Assembly (NCBI GenBank): GCA_047495785.1
Contig: JBLDXI010000055.1
Span: 1,674,001-1,738,000 of the forward strand
Origin: Lepidodermella squamata
Lineage: Eukaryota; Animalia; Gastrotricha
Direction of reading: 5' to 3'
Length of the DNA stretch: 64,000 nt
The notes under the pieces: model-generated
Seen by the model: only the letters and a program-made list of their open reading frames with translations
Database searches by the model: none
What the model was told of the DNA's origin: nothing
Shown: positions 1 to 13,153 of the stretch, in pieces
Layout: each line of letters starts with the position of its first letter
How positions within the stretch are numbered: position 1 is the stretch's first letter
Program-made: the position numbers and the translations under genes

Positions 1-3000
1 CCAATTAGCCGATACGGCTCCGGAACTTCAAGCTCTTTGGCAACTGGCTCTTACCACCAGTTTCGTATTACCAATTTATCGCGATGAAGTTATCCAAACG
101 CACGCGATTCTCCAGGCTTACTTCGATCAATTCCGTGGTTATGGCAAGAGAGTATCAGAAATCAAAGATTGGTTTATAGAAGCTCTTAAAGATGCTCCTG
201 TTTTGCATCGCGACCGACGTCGTTGCTTGAGACTAGTGCTAAAAGAAATGTTACTAGTACTAACGGACCAGCCTGGCCTGCTAGGACCGAAGAGTGGAAC
301 TGTCATGACTGCGCTAAATTGCGCCAGCTACGAGGTTGAGTGGTTGGTGAGACACAGTGTCAACGCACCGAAATCTGCGCAAAAGCAGTTGTTTCAGGCA
401 TCTACCGGCGAGGAGACGTTGCTGATGGACCGACAGCTTCCCGAACTTATCTATTACATGGAAGAACTGCGATGCCTCCTTCGCACTTATGCGCATTTAA
501 TTCAGCGATACAGTGTCGCATTTTTATTGACTTACTACGGACCTGCTTGTGCGAATTTCGCGAAACCGCTGCAGGTGATATCGGACGATGATGTCGGTGA
601 GATGACTGTTGGGCTCATCTCGACGATGCAGTCGATGAACGTGCAACAGATCGACGAGGGTAAAACGCCAGACTTGCGCCCATTCCGGCTCGACTGGTTC
701 CGCATACAGGCTTCAACTGCCTCCGTACAGGCACCTGTTCAGCTGCGGAGTCCGAACGTATTGCCCGCGGCTCGATTTCTAAACGGCGCCTCGTTCTATT
801 CAGAGTTGATTGACAACTTGGAGACAGCCATTCGCGACTCGTCGGACCTGTCGATTTACGGTGTTTATCCAGCTCAGTTGGAAGTTCAATTTTCGCAATG
901 CCTCCAGAACTCCAACCAGCTGCGATATGCCATAACTTACGCCCAGGTCGCGGCCCATTTTACAAACCGCTGCCACGCGCAGTGCCCGGACGACATTGCT
1001 GAGCTAAGCGAGCTTGGTCTCCGTATTGCCACTACTTTATTAAGGCGGATAACCGAAGAGGCGATTAGGCTGATACAGGCTCTTATCGACGAGTTGTGTA
1101 CGCTAGACGACCAATGCCTGCCAAAAACAGCCGTACCTCGAGCTCTCATTGTTCTCGGTAGTAAGATCAAACAATCTAGCAAGTCTATCGCATCAGGCTC
1201 GGAAACAATAAAGACGCCAGGGAAGTCGGCGAATGGCAATGCGATGATGGACAACAAGTTGCCCGGGTGGGAAAGTTGCCGAAGAAATCGGACAGAAACT
1301 ACAAAGTAAATTTGAGTCGAATTGCGTCGAGTTTAACTAACTTATTTTCTTTGAATATACAGATTGGACCGGCTTCACTTTGCTGTATCTGACCTGTTGA
1401 GTTCACTGAGCCACTGCCCGATCATCTCTTTCTACCAACATAAGTTTGTGCCAGTCGAGTTCTTCCAAAGTGAACTTGAACTACAGCTTCATCGATGGCT
1501 CGTTCAGTTGACGATGTTCCGCAGCGAGCGCGACGGTATGGAAATCGCCAAGCCATCAGAGCTGCTGCACTGCCTCAAGTCGCTGATCACGACAGTCGTG
1601 AGCCTCGACGCCTACATCAACGTCGACATCGTCCGCATCCTACTCGCCATTTTGCCTTGCCAGTCACAGCTCGAAAACGGCAACGTGGGTGGCATGACCA
1701 TCACTTCTAACTACATCGAGTGGTACGTCGAAGCGTTTCTACGCCGAGTTCAGGCAGGCCAGCAAATTGTCTACTCGCCTCTTCGCCGCGCCTTTGTCGG
1801 CCTGTCAGGCGGCCCGGGTAGCGGAGGCGGTGGAAATGGTATGATTGGCGACCAGAGTGGTGGCGGTGGAGCGTTAACGCCAACATTCAGCGCTGACGAA
1901 TTCGCTGATTTCAACGAGTTGAGAGCCCTAGCTGACATTATCGGCCCAATGGGTGTCGCAGCGATGAGCGATCGCATCAATCAACACATCGCCAGTCATA
2001 CTATGCAGCTTCTGGTGAGTCGAGCTTATTCAACAAAGTTTTGCCTAGTTTTAAAATTGACGTTGTAAAAAGACGATTGTGAAACAAAATCAAGCAACTC
2101 TGGAAGTGAGTTTCAGCGCAAACAATGCTTGCTTGGATTTAGATAGAACAAAATTAATCGGCATAACTAGATTTTTAATGCTCTGCTTTGTAACATTTAC
2201 ACAATTGAGATAATTGTGCTTGGATGTGTTAATTTGATTTGTTTCTTCTACAGCGGTTGATAACGGAAAACAGTTCAACCTTGGACCGGATTCGAGTCAG
2301 CTTCCGCCAACCTGGTCGGATGAAGGAGTTGTGCAAGCAACTGACAGGCCAGGAAGAGGCTGTCAATAGGTTGCGAACCATCGGCGTTTTTTACGCATTC
2401 CGACTTCTTTTACAAGATGCGCTGACTTCAGTGCTCGATCGTCGCATGCCGTATTTGATGGAAGCGATTCAGAACTTCCGAACAACCGTCCCAGGGGGAC
2501 AGGAAGCCATCGACGTCAGCGAGTTGTCGGTCGCAGCTGGCCTGAATTGTCGAATCGACGCGTCGTTGGTGAGGGCTTTGCTCGCCCATGGCGTCGATGC
2601 TTCCGAGGACAAGTACAAACTTAGTTGTTTGCTGATGGTCTACATCGCAGTTTCGCTGCCGTATCTCGCCCGAATGTCAGACGGTCCGGTCTACCGGCCG
2701 AACCTGGACGCATATCGACAAAACTCTCATTGCGCCATCATGGCTGTTGGTCTTCTCCTCGCCGCTCTCTTCAGCATTCACGGCCGGGGTAAGGAGGACA
2801 CGGAGGAACGAGCGAAGGAGTTGCTCGCCCTGTCGAGCAACGTCACGCTGCTAGCATTCCCTGATCTGCACCCGAACGATACGGCTAACCAGCTGCGTTC
2901 GCGTGACGTCACGTTGGCACTGCTGGAGCTGCTGACCTATTCTTGCGATTATCTGTCGGTGGACTTGCTCGAATCGTGCTGTCCGTATGTGCTGATTCAT

Positions 3001-3069
3001 CGGGCCCATTCCCTTCTCATTCCGCCCAGCCAACCAGGCGCAGCTGGCGGCGCAACAGCAGCTCAATGA
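1..3069 (+). CDS. NCKAP1: Nck-associated protein 1 / HEM-2 (WAVE regulatory complex subunit), 5'-truncated by the window edge; exons <1-1305, 1363-2014, 2254-3069
   Basis: Motifs HRDRRRCLRLVLKEMLLVLTDQPGLLGPK, DLRPFRLDWFR, FSADEFADFNELRALADIIGP and LLESCCPYVL match Nap1/HEM. GT-AG introns 1306-1362 and 2015-2253 join the ORF pieces in frame. Confidence 0.93.
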
Positions 3070-3526
3070 AACCCGGGTTTTAGTGCTAATTATTGCAATA
3101 AACATGGCCAATTTTTTGAACGATTTATGCATTTTTTTGAGGTGGACTATCGGGCTTCCTCTCGTATTTCTTGCACGATGACGTGGTGCTTTTATTGCTT
3201 CATTGCCTTGTATTTTGTTCTGCTACCGGCTTCTGATACGCGCAGTATTTTGTAAAACGTGCTTCTCTTTTCTCTGTCTCTCGTCTTCTTCAATGAACCA
3301 AAAATATGCGAATGAGATTTAGATTGGCTCATCATGTCTAAAATTCCGCCTTGAATTGCCGTTTGTCGTTTTTTATTTGTATCCAGTGAGCTCTTGATAA
3401 TTTAATACTAATGACGATGAAATGATACGTGAGAGTGTTTTTATACTTATGCAAGTAAAACACAAAAAGTTGTCTAAAGTTGAGGTAATTTTTAAAAGAG
3501 AGTCAAGAGGTGGTGCTGTTGAGGGT

Positions 3527-5057
3527 TCATAAGATCTTTGAGAGGGCAGCTAACACGACGCCGACGACAGTGATTGAAAAGGCCCCTCCAAGGACGAGGA
3601 AGTTGCGAAGCCCACGGACTTCTTTGAACAGGAATAGGCCCCATATGACAGAGATAACACTGGGAATGGTGCCGATGATAGGGAACGTCACAGCGCTGGA
3701 CAGCATTTCATTTGCCACAAGAAAAGCGACCTGGAGAAAACAGAGTGCAATCGATGAGTGACTTTTCAGGCGAAAACGTACCGTAGCGATACTCCACATG
3801 ATACCACAGACCATCGCTGGTAAAATGAGTTGCCGATTGAAATAAGGCTGCTTGTGTATCATTGTGTATCCAGCGAAAATAATCTGAAATAGCGCATTAA
3901 TGAAATATTTCCGATTTTCTCCATCAAACTATATTACCGTTGACATGATAAAAATTCCAGAGAAAAGAGAAAAAGCTGTAAAATGCACACAATAAATACG
4001 TTGGTAAAATTGAATAGATGTAGGTCACCATAGTCTATGCCGCTTTGCGATGCTCGGCGGCCATCGATAACAACGTGATTGCGAACGTAATCCGTGCCAA
4101 TGAACAAACCACCGTAACAGCAGCCAGAAAATAGAGCAAGTCCAATGCCTATAATTCGTCGCCATAGCTCAGGTAAATTACCGAGAAATAATTCGGCATT
4201 CTCCGAGTCAACTTTTGAAGTCACATTCGTTGGCGAGCTAGGTTTCTCCGGCGACGCCGCGTCGATTGGGGTAGCAGTAGGCGAAACTTGTCGACTGATC
4301 ACGTCAGCAAGCGATGAAGACGCGCCGGCGCTTCCGTAACTCTGATGCAATTGCATTTCTTCAGTATTTCGTCGACCGCGAAACCAGTTTGGTATTGTCG
4401 GCTTTCTTTCAGTTCGCACGAAGCCATAAGCAATAGCCCTGCACATTCAAGAATCAAAAGCTTTGTCTTTAATATGCTGGCAGAAAACTCACGAAATTAA
4501 ACACAAGCCTACTCCAATGTAGTTCATGGTGACGTTGCTAGGAATTTGCGGACAGACTTGGAAAAACCCGAATCGACCGGCAGCCCATCCGAGAAAAATG
4601 TTGGTGCAGTTCCACAAGAGCATTCCTTTAGTGGTTCAAATGATAAAAATAATACTGTATATTTTATATATTCTCACTGCCTCTTACCCAAGGCAAGACC
4701 GATCAGGTTGATAATGGGCGCAACACAACAGTTGCCAATGGCCCAGATAGCTCCGTTGACGACGACCAGCGGGTAGAATGGTGTGTATCCCCGAATCAGC
4801 TGAATCACCAGTCCCACCTGCCAAATACCAGCGCACATGATCCACTGAGAGAAGAAACCGTCGCCGGTTTTGAAGAATTTCAGTGGTACAAAGTTGCAAC
4901 CGTAAAATAAAGCTGAAATTAGTGCGGCAATGTAGCCGATGGATGTGCTCGGCTGGAACAACGCCGGTTCACCAATCACCGGCCCTGTCCAGTTTGCCGC
5001 ACATTCAATCCAACCTATAGCTTCACTCGAGCTGTAATCAGTGACATTTTCATCCAT
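3527..5057 (-). CDS. TMEM144: Transmembrane protein 144 (DMT-superfamily transporter-like), multi-exon
   Basis: FYGCNFVPLK..TGDGFFSQW, GAIWAIGN, GMLLW..GWAAGRFG and AMVCGIMWSIA..FLVANEMLSSAVTFPII, spread over about 5 short-intron exons; many hydrophobic segments. Confidence 0.88.
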
Positions 5058-6345
5058 TTTTGGTTCGACAAAAGTTATCTCTTGTTTCTGAATACTGGCT
5101 AGAAAAAATGATAGATATTATTTTTATAGCACGAAAGCGTGAAATCCGTGAATCTGTCCACATTGAATGGCTTAATTCAACAATTGAAAAATGTGTGTGC
5201 ATCTTATATGCGACATCTCGAATTCAAGTTTAAGCCGTTGCTTTTATTTTTTTTCAAAACGACGACCTGGAAACGGACTGAATACTAAATAATTAAAATT
5301 AGAATAATATCGCCACACCATGCGGTCATGAGGCTACTTGCACTTGAATTGCACTAAGATTTGGCCACCTTCACCATGCCACGCCCCAGAAAAAAATGAT
5401 GAAACATGAAATCATTCGACTGGGATTTACGTGGACGCTCTTACGTGTTGATCATTTGGAGTTGGGAGCGCCCGTGTGGTTGTAATGCCGATTTAAGAGG
5501 TTAAATTTCCAACGCAGTTAGACATAAGAAAAATGTAGCGCTCTATGATTTCGTGGAGTGTATCTTGAACTTCTGCGTCATTGAATAAGGAAAACTAGAA
5601 ATTTCATTATATTTCTTATACCAGCGATGAAATATTATTAGTACCCTAATTAATTTTTTGAAGAGAGAGGCGATTGCAGTTTACACCAAGTTTTAGTCGC
5701 CCACTGCTGCTGTGCAAATACCAGCCGATCTTGCGTATTGGCACCGCCATTTAGGCGAGTTGAATGATTCACGGCTATTCGGTGAAATGTTCATGCGCCT
5801 TGGTAAATTTAAGGCTGGAAACAAATGCAGTTTCTTATCAGAATAGGCCATTGAAGTTGTCCATTGTTTCCAATTAAAGCAGTCTTCTCTCGAGCATCTT
5901 CCCTACAAGAATCACACCTACACTTCTTCGGGTCTTGAACAGGAATTACTTTCAGCTTTCAGCCTAAAGCCATGGTGCCTTTCTCCCTCCAACCATGAGG
6001 GAGAATCCGCCCAGTGTTTAAATGACTATTTCGTGATTCATTCGCAACATGCAGTCTTATTCAACATAAATATTCATTCATTTTATGTTTATATATTTTG
6101 CTGTCCTCCTTATTGTTCAGCTGTCAATACGCTAATTCCTAAATTATGAATAAAAATACGGCATTATCAGGGGCGATATGGGTTTACGGCTGCTGTAAAG
6201 ATAGCAGGAAAAAATAGGTGATAAGGACCATAAAATAAAATTGTAGGTATCAGCAGGGCGTGTTTTAGTGCGAACTGCTTCATCCTTTGATGTTGTTGTA
6301 TGTCCTATAAATATTTGAAAAAATTACTTTAACCCAATTATATAA

Positions 6346-9300
6346 ATGGCTTGGACTTCCCGGAGTCAGTATGAGGAGTTGAAAGAGCTGGGAAGGGGCG
6401 GATTCGGTCAAGCTAAGCTGGTGAAAAAACACATCGGTGGCCAGCTCTTTGTCGTCAAAGAAGTCAACTTGGAAAAAGTAGCAGAGAGCTGCGGCGATGA
6501 TCAAAATTTTGTCGACAAAATCGTCGAGATGACGAAAATGGAGGCATGAGCACATTTTGAATCTTAAAACCACTTAGATTGAGCTCCTATTGCTTTTAGG
6601 CTGCAAATATGATGGGCCTACAGCACGATAATATCGTAAGAGTCTACGGCTATTTCGAAGGTATAAACAAGAATTTATATATTTTTTTTAATATTTCGAC
6701 ATTGAATGCGTCATTTCAAAGAGCTTTACCTTCAGTGCCGCTACTATTACGTGGTGATGGAGTACTGCGAGCTGGGTAAATTCATTAAGCTTTTTGCCTC
6801 TGATCAGTCTCAAGAGTTGTTTCAAATCAGGTGATCTAGGCAAGGCTATCCGAGATGCATCAGTTAGTAAGACGCCGTTCGAGGAAAAGCAGGTGAGGCG
6901 TTGGACGCGGCAGCTAGCTTCAGCGATAAAATTTCTGCACGACAATGAATTCGTACATCGTGATCTTAAACCAGCGGTAAAGAACAAATATATTCAAGCC
7001 CGCAAAATTAATAGCGCATTTTTCCATCAACTAGAATATTTTCCTAGCTTTGAAAAAAAGTGAGCGGGTCGTTAAACTCGGCGACTTCGGATTGGCAAAG
7101 CAAACTGATAAGTAATGAACAGCTTTTATTATTTGAAATATTTATTTATTTGTGTGTGGTATTTTAGAATTGCTCAGGCTAGAACCAGTATGACAACGAT
7201 TGGAACCGAAGCGTATGCGTCGCCAGAAGTTGCGCGAATGTGTCCTTATACAAAGAAAAGCGACGTGTGGGCCTTGGGCATCGTAGTTTACGAGCTTCTA
7301 TGCCTAAAACGACCGGTATAGCTTCAATTTAAGGTCAAATAATCGTAACGACCGGATTGTTTTTAGTTTGAAGGGAAACCTGATAGGCCAGTCACATATG
7401 AAATATTGAAGTAAGCACTGATGAAAAACTGATAATTATATCCTAAGCATGGTATTTTTTTACCTGCAGTGTGGACCCGCCACGATTACCCGTATCATAC
7501 AGCCGTCAGATGCAAAACCTTGTCGACTCTTTGCTGACAAAAGATCCTGATCAACGGCCAGGCATAGAAGCTGTTTTGGAGCACCAAGCAATAGTTCGCA
7601 TGACGAGCAGCAGCATTGATGTGGCAAAGCCATCGCGGCCGAAATCAACGCCGAACGAAGATGACAGCGCGCAAAATGCTAGTAGCAATAAACCACGGCA
7701 TTTTTCAACATCGGCTGTTACGAATCAGCCCGTTACTGTTATTGCAGCTAAATCCGCAAACACTATCGCATCGCCAAAATATGCTGCCGGGGTGTATGAA
7801 GGACCAAAAGTTCAAAAGGACACGTTACCGATTGGCTCCTCGAAACAACCGGATCCACCTACGGCAGTTGCCCTGTTAAAGCCAGCAGCGTTAGCCCCTG
7901 TCAATGAAAAAGTGACCGCAATAAACAAAGTTCCGTTGCCAGAAGCTGCCACCACAGGTAAGAGCACTACCAGTGGTGCTGTTGAGTCAGCTCAGACAAC
8001 AGCGATTCACAGGCCGGTAGGAAAACAAGACCCACCGAAGCAATCAGAGCCTACGGCAATTGCTTTGAATAAACCGTCTGTATTCACTGCCAATGATACC
8101 GCAACTGCAATTCACAACAGCCCTATAAGTGCTAATGGCTCAACGCAGCCGACAGCGATTCATAACCCTGTTGGAAATCGTCAAGACCCGCCGCGGAAGA
8201 CAGAGCCGCCTACAGCAATAGCTTTAAAGAAACCTTCTGTGGCCTCAGCCAATGACACCCCGACTGCTATTCAGAAGATCCCTATAAGTGCTACTAGTGG
8301 CTCAACGCAGCCAACAGCGGTTTATAAGCCTGTAGGAAATCGTCAAGACCCGCCGCCAAAGGCAGAGCCTCCTACGGCAATAGCGTTCAAGAAACCGTCG
8401 GCTGTCTCTGCCAACGACACCCCAACTGCTATACAGAAGATTCATATGTCAAAACCTGTGGTAGCTCAAAAACCGAAGCAGCCTTCTTCCATAGAGACTC
8501 CAACGGCTGTTGTGTTGCCTAAAAATAACACAAACTCGTCGGGCTTCGCGAGTCCTATGAAATTGACATCCCAGCGCACTGACAGGCCTAATGAGGTCAC
8601 AGCACCTTCAACGGCTCGTCCTAATGCCGGTGGTTCACCCGAAATACCCGCAGACGCAACGCTGGTTTTGCGTAAGGACAAATCATTTGCGATAAAGCCA
8701 ACCTATCGTCGTGATGTCTCCTCAACTATCGTGAGAGCTCCCCAAAATTTTTCGATAAGCCGTGGAACAATGCCTGGCGCAGGTGATATGCTCGCTACTG
8801 CGATTGCGTCTCCGCAGCAAGGCTCCGTTGTTGAGGAGGATCTTCAAACCTTAACAGCGCGAACTCAGGTTTTTCAAGACGTGGATCGACACGCAGTTGC
8901 TGTAAGCAAATCGCAACATCAGAGTTTTAAAGACCTGATTTGGGATCTAATATATTCCCAGGGTATAACAGGTAAGATTTTGACTTCAAAGCTATCCTCA
9001 TAACCTGCTCTATTAACCTGTGAAGATGACTTCGAGAAGGCTCGAGCGTTGTTTCTATGGTTGTGCGCAAAGGATTTGTCCAAGATTGATTTTGTTAAAC
9101 CAGCTCCAGATTCGCCGGAAGAAGCCTTGATGCAGTTGAAGGCAAAGACTAGCAGCTACGCAAGTGTATTCTGCCTGATGTGCGAATTCTCAAAGCTGCA
9201 GTGCCAACTCGTGAAAGGTTACGCAAAGGGCGTCAATTATAAGCTTGGTATGAAATTTACTGATGACACGGCCTTGCATACATGGTGCGCTGTCTCCATT

Positions 9301-11070
9301 GATGGCGTTTGGCGATTCGTCGATCCCGATTGGAGCTCACGGGCCATGGTGAAAGGACAGTCGGATGTTGAATACGAATTGGACGAGTTTTACTTCTTTC
9401 CACCGCCGAATCACTTTGTTTATTCACATTTGGCAAAAGATCCCAAGTGGCAATTATTGTCAAAGCCTATTAGCTTAACGGAATTCCAAAACACGCCGCG
9501 GCTAACATCGCTTTTCTTCAAGCTGAATTTCGAATTGGCATCGCCCAATTGCTTGCAGTTAAATTTACCAGCCCCGAAGGGTGAAGTTGATATTTATCTC
9601 CAGCAGTCGAAGCGAGGTCCGATCCGAGGCCTTGAATTCATCTTCAAGTTACGAAGAGAATCTGACGAGAATTCGGAAGATGTCACAGTCAACGGAAAAA
9701 GTGTTGCTCTCAATCATTGCGTTTACCACGAAATTGACTACACCTCCCGGAAAGCTCGATTCTCGATTCGCGTACCAACTGATGAAACGTACACCTTTGT
9801 GATTTATGGTCATCCTGTAGGACCTTCAGGTGAAATCAAGCCAGATGAGAAATCGTACGTATCCATGGCCTCTTGGCTTATAACTCCTTCTCGAGCCGCA
9901 AGCTCATCGTTTCGAATGCCGGTAATAAGTCCAATAGATCGATGGGGCGGTCTTTCGCCGGAGCAAGCTCAGATTCGTGGGATCGGTAATCATCCAAGTG
10001 AAGGCAAACTAAAGTCCAATGACAGTGGCATCGTAGAATTCACCATCGACAAGTTGAATCCCGAGCAGGTTATATTTTTTGCGGCAACATTGACATCGAC
10101 CGATCCGGCGCATACCACAGAAATCCTAAAGCAATGCGCCATAGTTAGGATCGTGGAGCAAAAGCAAGCTAGGTTTACTATTTCTTTACCAGGCAAGGGC
10201 GAGTTTGGACTTGAGGTTTTCGCATCGCTGCCTCCTGCTGAAACGCCTTTAACGCAGTCTTACAACGCAGAGCGCGTGACTCTTCGATCGCTTTGCTACT
10301 ATATGTTGACATGGGAAGGTGGTAAAACGTCGAAGAAAGCTGATCAAATTCTTAGGTTTCCGAACAATATCGGCTGTGCTTATCTCGGTGCTAAAAGCCA
10401 GCTCGGTGCTCTTGGCATGCGTGCCCAGAGTCACGTTGATCCGTATATAGCCGTTCAGGACTGGGAAAAGCCACTGACTATCATTTTCGACTCACCTGTA
10501 GCGGTTAACTGTTCCGCGAAATTCTCGTATTGTAAATCTGCAAATGCCACCGATGATTTCTCGCCGTGGATATTACACCAAAGCCTGCACCCGCTATCAC
10601 AGAGAAAAGAACTCTTCATATGCCGATTTCCTCGGCCTGGCATGTTCAAACTCGAATTGTTCGCAAAAGCTCATGAAACTGGGAATGCCGAAGACACTAC
10701 CATGCCTAACATTTTCAACTACCTTATCAATGCTGCGGGAACAGCGACGGGTAAAGCTGGATTGGGCCCGTTTCCTACCCAGCTTAGTGCGTCTTGGTGC
10801 GGTGGTTATCTCGAGAAACCCATGGATGGAGTTTTGAAGCGGTCTTCTTCTGGCGATCCAATTATGATTCGTCTAATGATTCAGGGAGCTTTACAAGTTT
10901 CCGCCGTTGCGAATGGCAAATGGACGAAACTGGAACTTGGAAAGGACGGTTATTGGCAGGGAGGCGTTGCCGATGCTGGTCCGAACCCTGATAATGCATC
11001 GCTGCAAATCGTTGCTAAATTCAACCCTAACTCTAACTCATTTTCAACATTGCTGGAGTACAAATTTTAG
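6346..11070 (+). CDS. NEK/NIMA-like Ser/Thr kinase fused via a P/T/A-rich repeat linker to a hillarin/KY-type transglutaminase-like core plus KY Ig-like domains; about 1,424 aa; exons 6346-6543, 6600-6660, 6722-6775, 6831-6976, 7035-7111, 7168-7315, 7367-7410, 7470-8971, 9026-11070
   Basis: Kinase motifs GRGGFG, VVKE, VMEYCELGDL, HRDLKPANIF, DFGLAK, GTEAYASPE, SDVWALG, DPDQRP. The C-terminal part has KARALFLWL, VKGYAKG, HTWCAVSIDGVWRFVDPDW, DEFYFFPPP and KWQLL. All splice phases are compatible and the exons total 4,275 nt. Confidence 0.85.
7990..8450 (+). repeat. Coding tandem repeat, about 3 copies of 159-162 nt (53-54 aa; PTAIALKKPSV..ANDTPTAIQK.PISA..GSTQPTA..KPVGNRQDPP)
   Basis: Near-identical CCTAC(G/A)GCAAT starts at 8050, 8209 and 8371. 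Confidence 0.9.
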
Positions 11071-11166
11071 TCGAAAATCGGATGACATGTAGCAATAAAG
11101 CGTAATTTCTCAGAAGCAATTATTTTTTATTTTCCTATAAAATCTCGCTTTTTATTTGGCACAACT

Positions 11167-12916
11167 TCATTCCATAGTTTCAACTTCGGTCCTGCTGCTG
11201 CTCCTCGACTTCTTGTGATATTTAGACTTAATCGCCTGAGCAGTTGACGCTAGAGCTGATTCAAACTCCTTGCGCAACGGCTCAAGGTCTTTGTCAGAGA
11301 ATTTTACGTATTTCACATTCTTCTGGCGATTCGCCCCCGTTATCAGTTCACGCCAGTGTTTACGCTCAGTAGGCGTGACGAGGCTGAACACGCTTCCAGG
11401 GCGACCAGCGCGAGCAGTACGGCCAGACCGGTGAATATAGGTTCGCGGGTGAAGCGGCAAATCATAACAAATCACTGATGCCAATTCACGACAGTCGAAG
11501 CCACGAGCGGCAGCATCAGTGCAAACAATTCTACACACAAGTAAATGAAGCATAAAAATTCCTAGAAAACTAGTATCAACTCACAAATCGAGCTTTTTCT
11601 CGGAAATCTCCGAGCTGAGCTGGCGAAGTCGTTTCGGGGTGAATCTGCCGGAAAAGCAGGCAGATCTTAGGTTGTGGGATTTATTGACCGCATTCAACAA
11701 CAAAGATAAACGCGTCGCACTCCGTGCTGAATTCGTGAACACCAGCGCTGGTTTCAGAATGTCACATCCTTCCGGTGGATTCGGTGCAAGCAACAAATTG
11801 AGCAAAACAAGGGGTTTCGAGGTATTGGAAGAACACTCGATCATATATTCAGACAAATTTGCCGGTAGTGGCGCCCCAGTCGGGGCATCCTCGTTATTCT
11901 CGCCTTTTCTAGCTAAATGAGGTTTCAGCGATGATGGCGGCTCGACGGAGAATAGCCGCGGTCTGACTAGGCACAACGGGGTCAGCCAAGTAGGATTAGC
12001 AGAAAAAGTCGCAGAAAACATGAGCCTTTGCAGCGGAAGAGCTCCGCTCGTCAATTCAGCAACTGACCATAGTTTTCCGAGGGCTATTCGGCCAACACCG
12101 GCAGCGGCTGAATGCTGCTCGATCGTTGCATTAAGCAAACTAAGCCAGCCGTGCCTGTCGTCAGTTAGCAGGCGATCACACTCGTCTAGCACCAAATAAC
12201 GCAAATTCGCAAGGTTTAAATGCGGCAACGCACTTGAAAGGCGTCCCGGGGTGCAAATCAACATTGCCACATCGTCGTCGTATGATCCAGTTGCAGAAAC
12301 TTCGGCGACTTTGACGCCTAATTTAGCTCCATATTTGGTGGCGATAGATGTTACCTGAGACGCCAGACCTCTAGTTGGAACAACAATTACAGCACCCAAC
12401 GTTTTCGACAGTAAGCGCTTTCTTAAAATCTGAAACAAAGGCAGTAGGTACGCAAGCGTTTTCCCTGAGCCAGTCGGAGCAGCGCAGCAAATGTCTTCTG
12501 GGGGTAACAGCGAAGCTTTGGCAGAGTCGATTATGGCCGGAATAACATGGCGCTGAGCTGTCATTGATAACATTGAAGCATGAAATTAAGAATTCCACAG
12601 AATGCGACCTACCAGGGAGCAAATGGGTGAAACCATCTATTTCTGTCAAGGCTTTCCTCACATCTTCTTCCAGGAATTCAACCTTCTCCAACTGAGCCAG
12701 CTCATCGACCTCTTCGGCATTTTCAATGCAAACGCCATCTCGAATCCACGAGGGCAGGCTTCGTATCACCTTTTTGCGCTTATTCAACTTCTTATCACCC
12801 AAAACTTTAAACTCCTCCGGGTCGACCACATCATCGGCGCCCTCAGTTTTGGCCCTTTTCTCAACCGGCTCTTCTTCGGGCTCACCATTTTCCACATCGT
12901 TTTCACTTTCAGACAT
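11167..12916 (-). CDS. DDX51: DEAD-box RNA helicase DDX51/Dbp6-like, 3 exons
   Basis: DICCAAPTGSGKTLAY, PTRGLA, TPGRL, LVLDECDRLL, FSATF, TDAAARGFD, YIHRSGRTARAG; the N-terminal LPSWI segment is typical of DDX51. ATG at 12916. Confidence 0.85.
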
Positions 12917-13153
12917 TTTTGTAATAATTCTAAACAGCGTTTCAGGCTTTTTCGTGATGTTAAAGTAGCTGTCAACTTCAAGTTTTAATATAACCAAATA
13001 CATTAACAACTTTAGCAGCCAGTTAGTAACCTCAAGAAAAAGATGAATCACAGCAACAAAAACTCCATACTACGTCAATGGCATGTGATGAAGGTTATAT
13101 ATTCGGAGATATGAATGTCGATAAGTGCATGCTCTTCGATCCACCGTTTATTA

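Noticed and set aside
2015-2253. Longer NCKAP1 intron with hairpins, possible H/ACA snoRNA
   Set aside because: No convincing ACA box after a second hairpin.
5100-6340. 1.2-kb divergent spacer searched for SL RNA, snRNA or tRNA genes
   Set aside because: No convincing leader + GT + Sm-site arrangement, cloverleaf or complete C/D boxes found.
12170-12190. DECD motif suggesting UAP56/DDX39
   Set aside because: The rest of the protein (N-terminal LPSWI, DICCAAPTGSGKT, KPLVL, C-terminus) fits DDX51; treated as a motif II variant.
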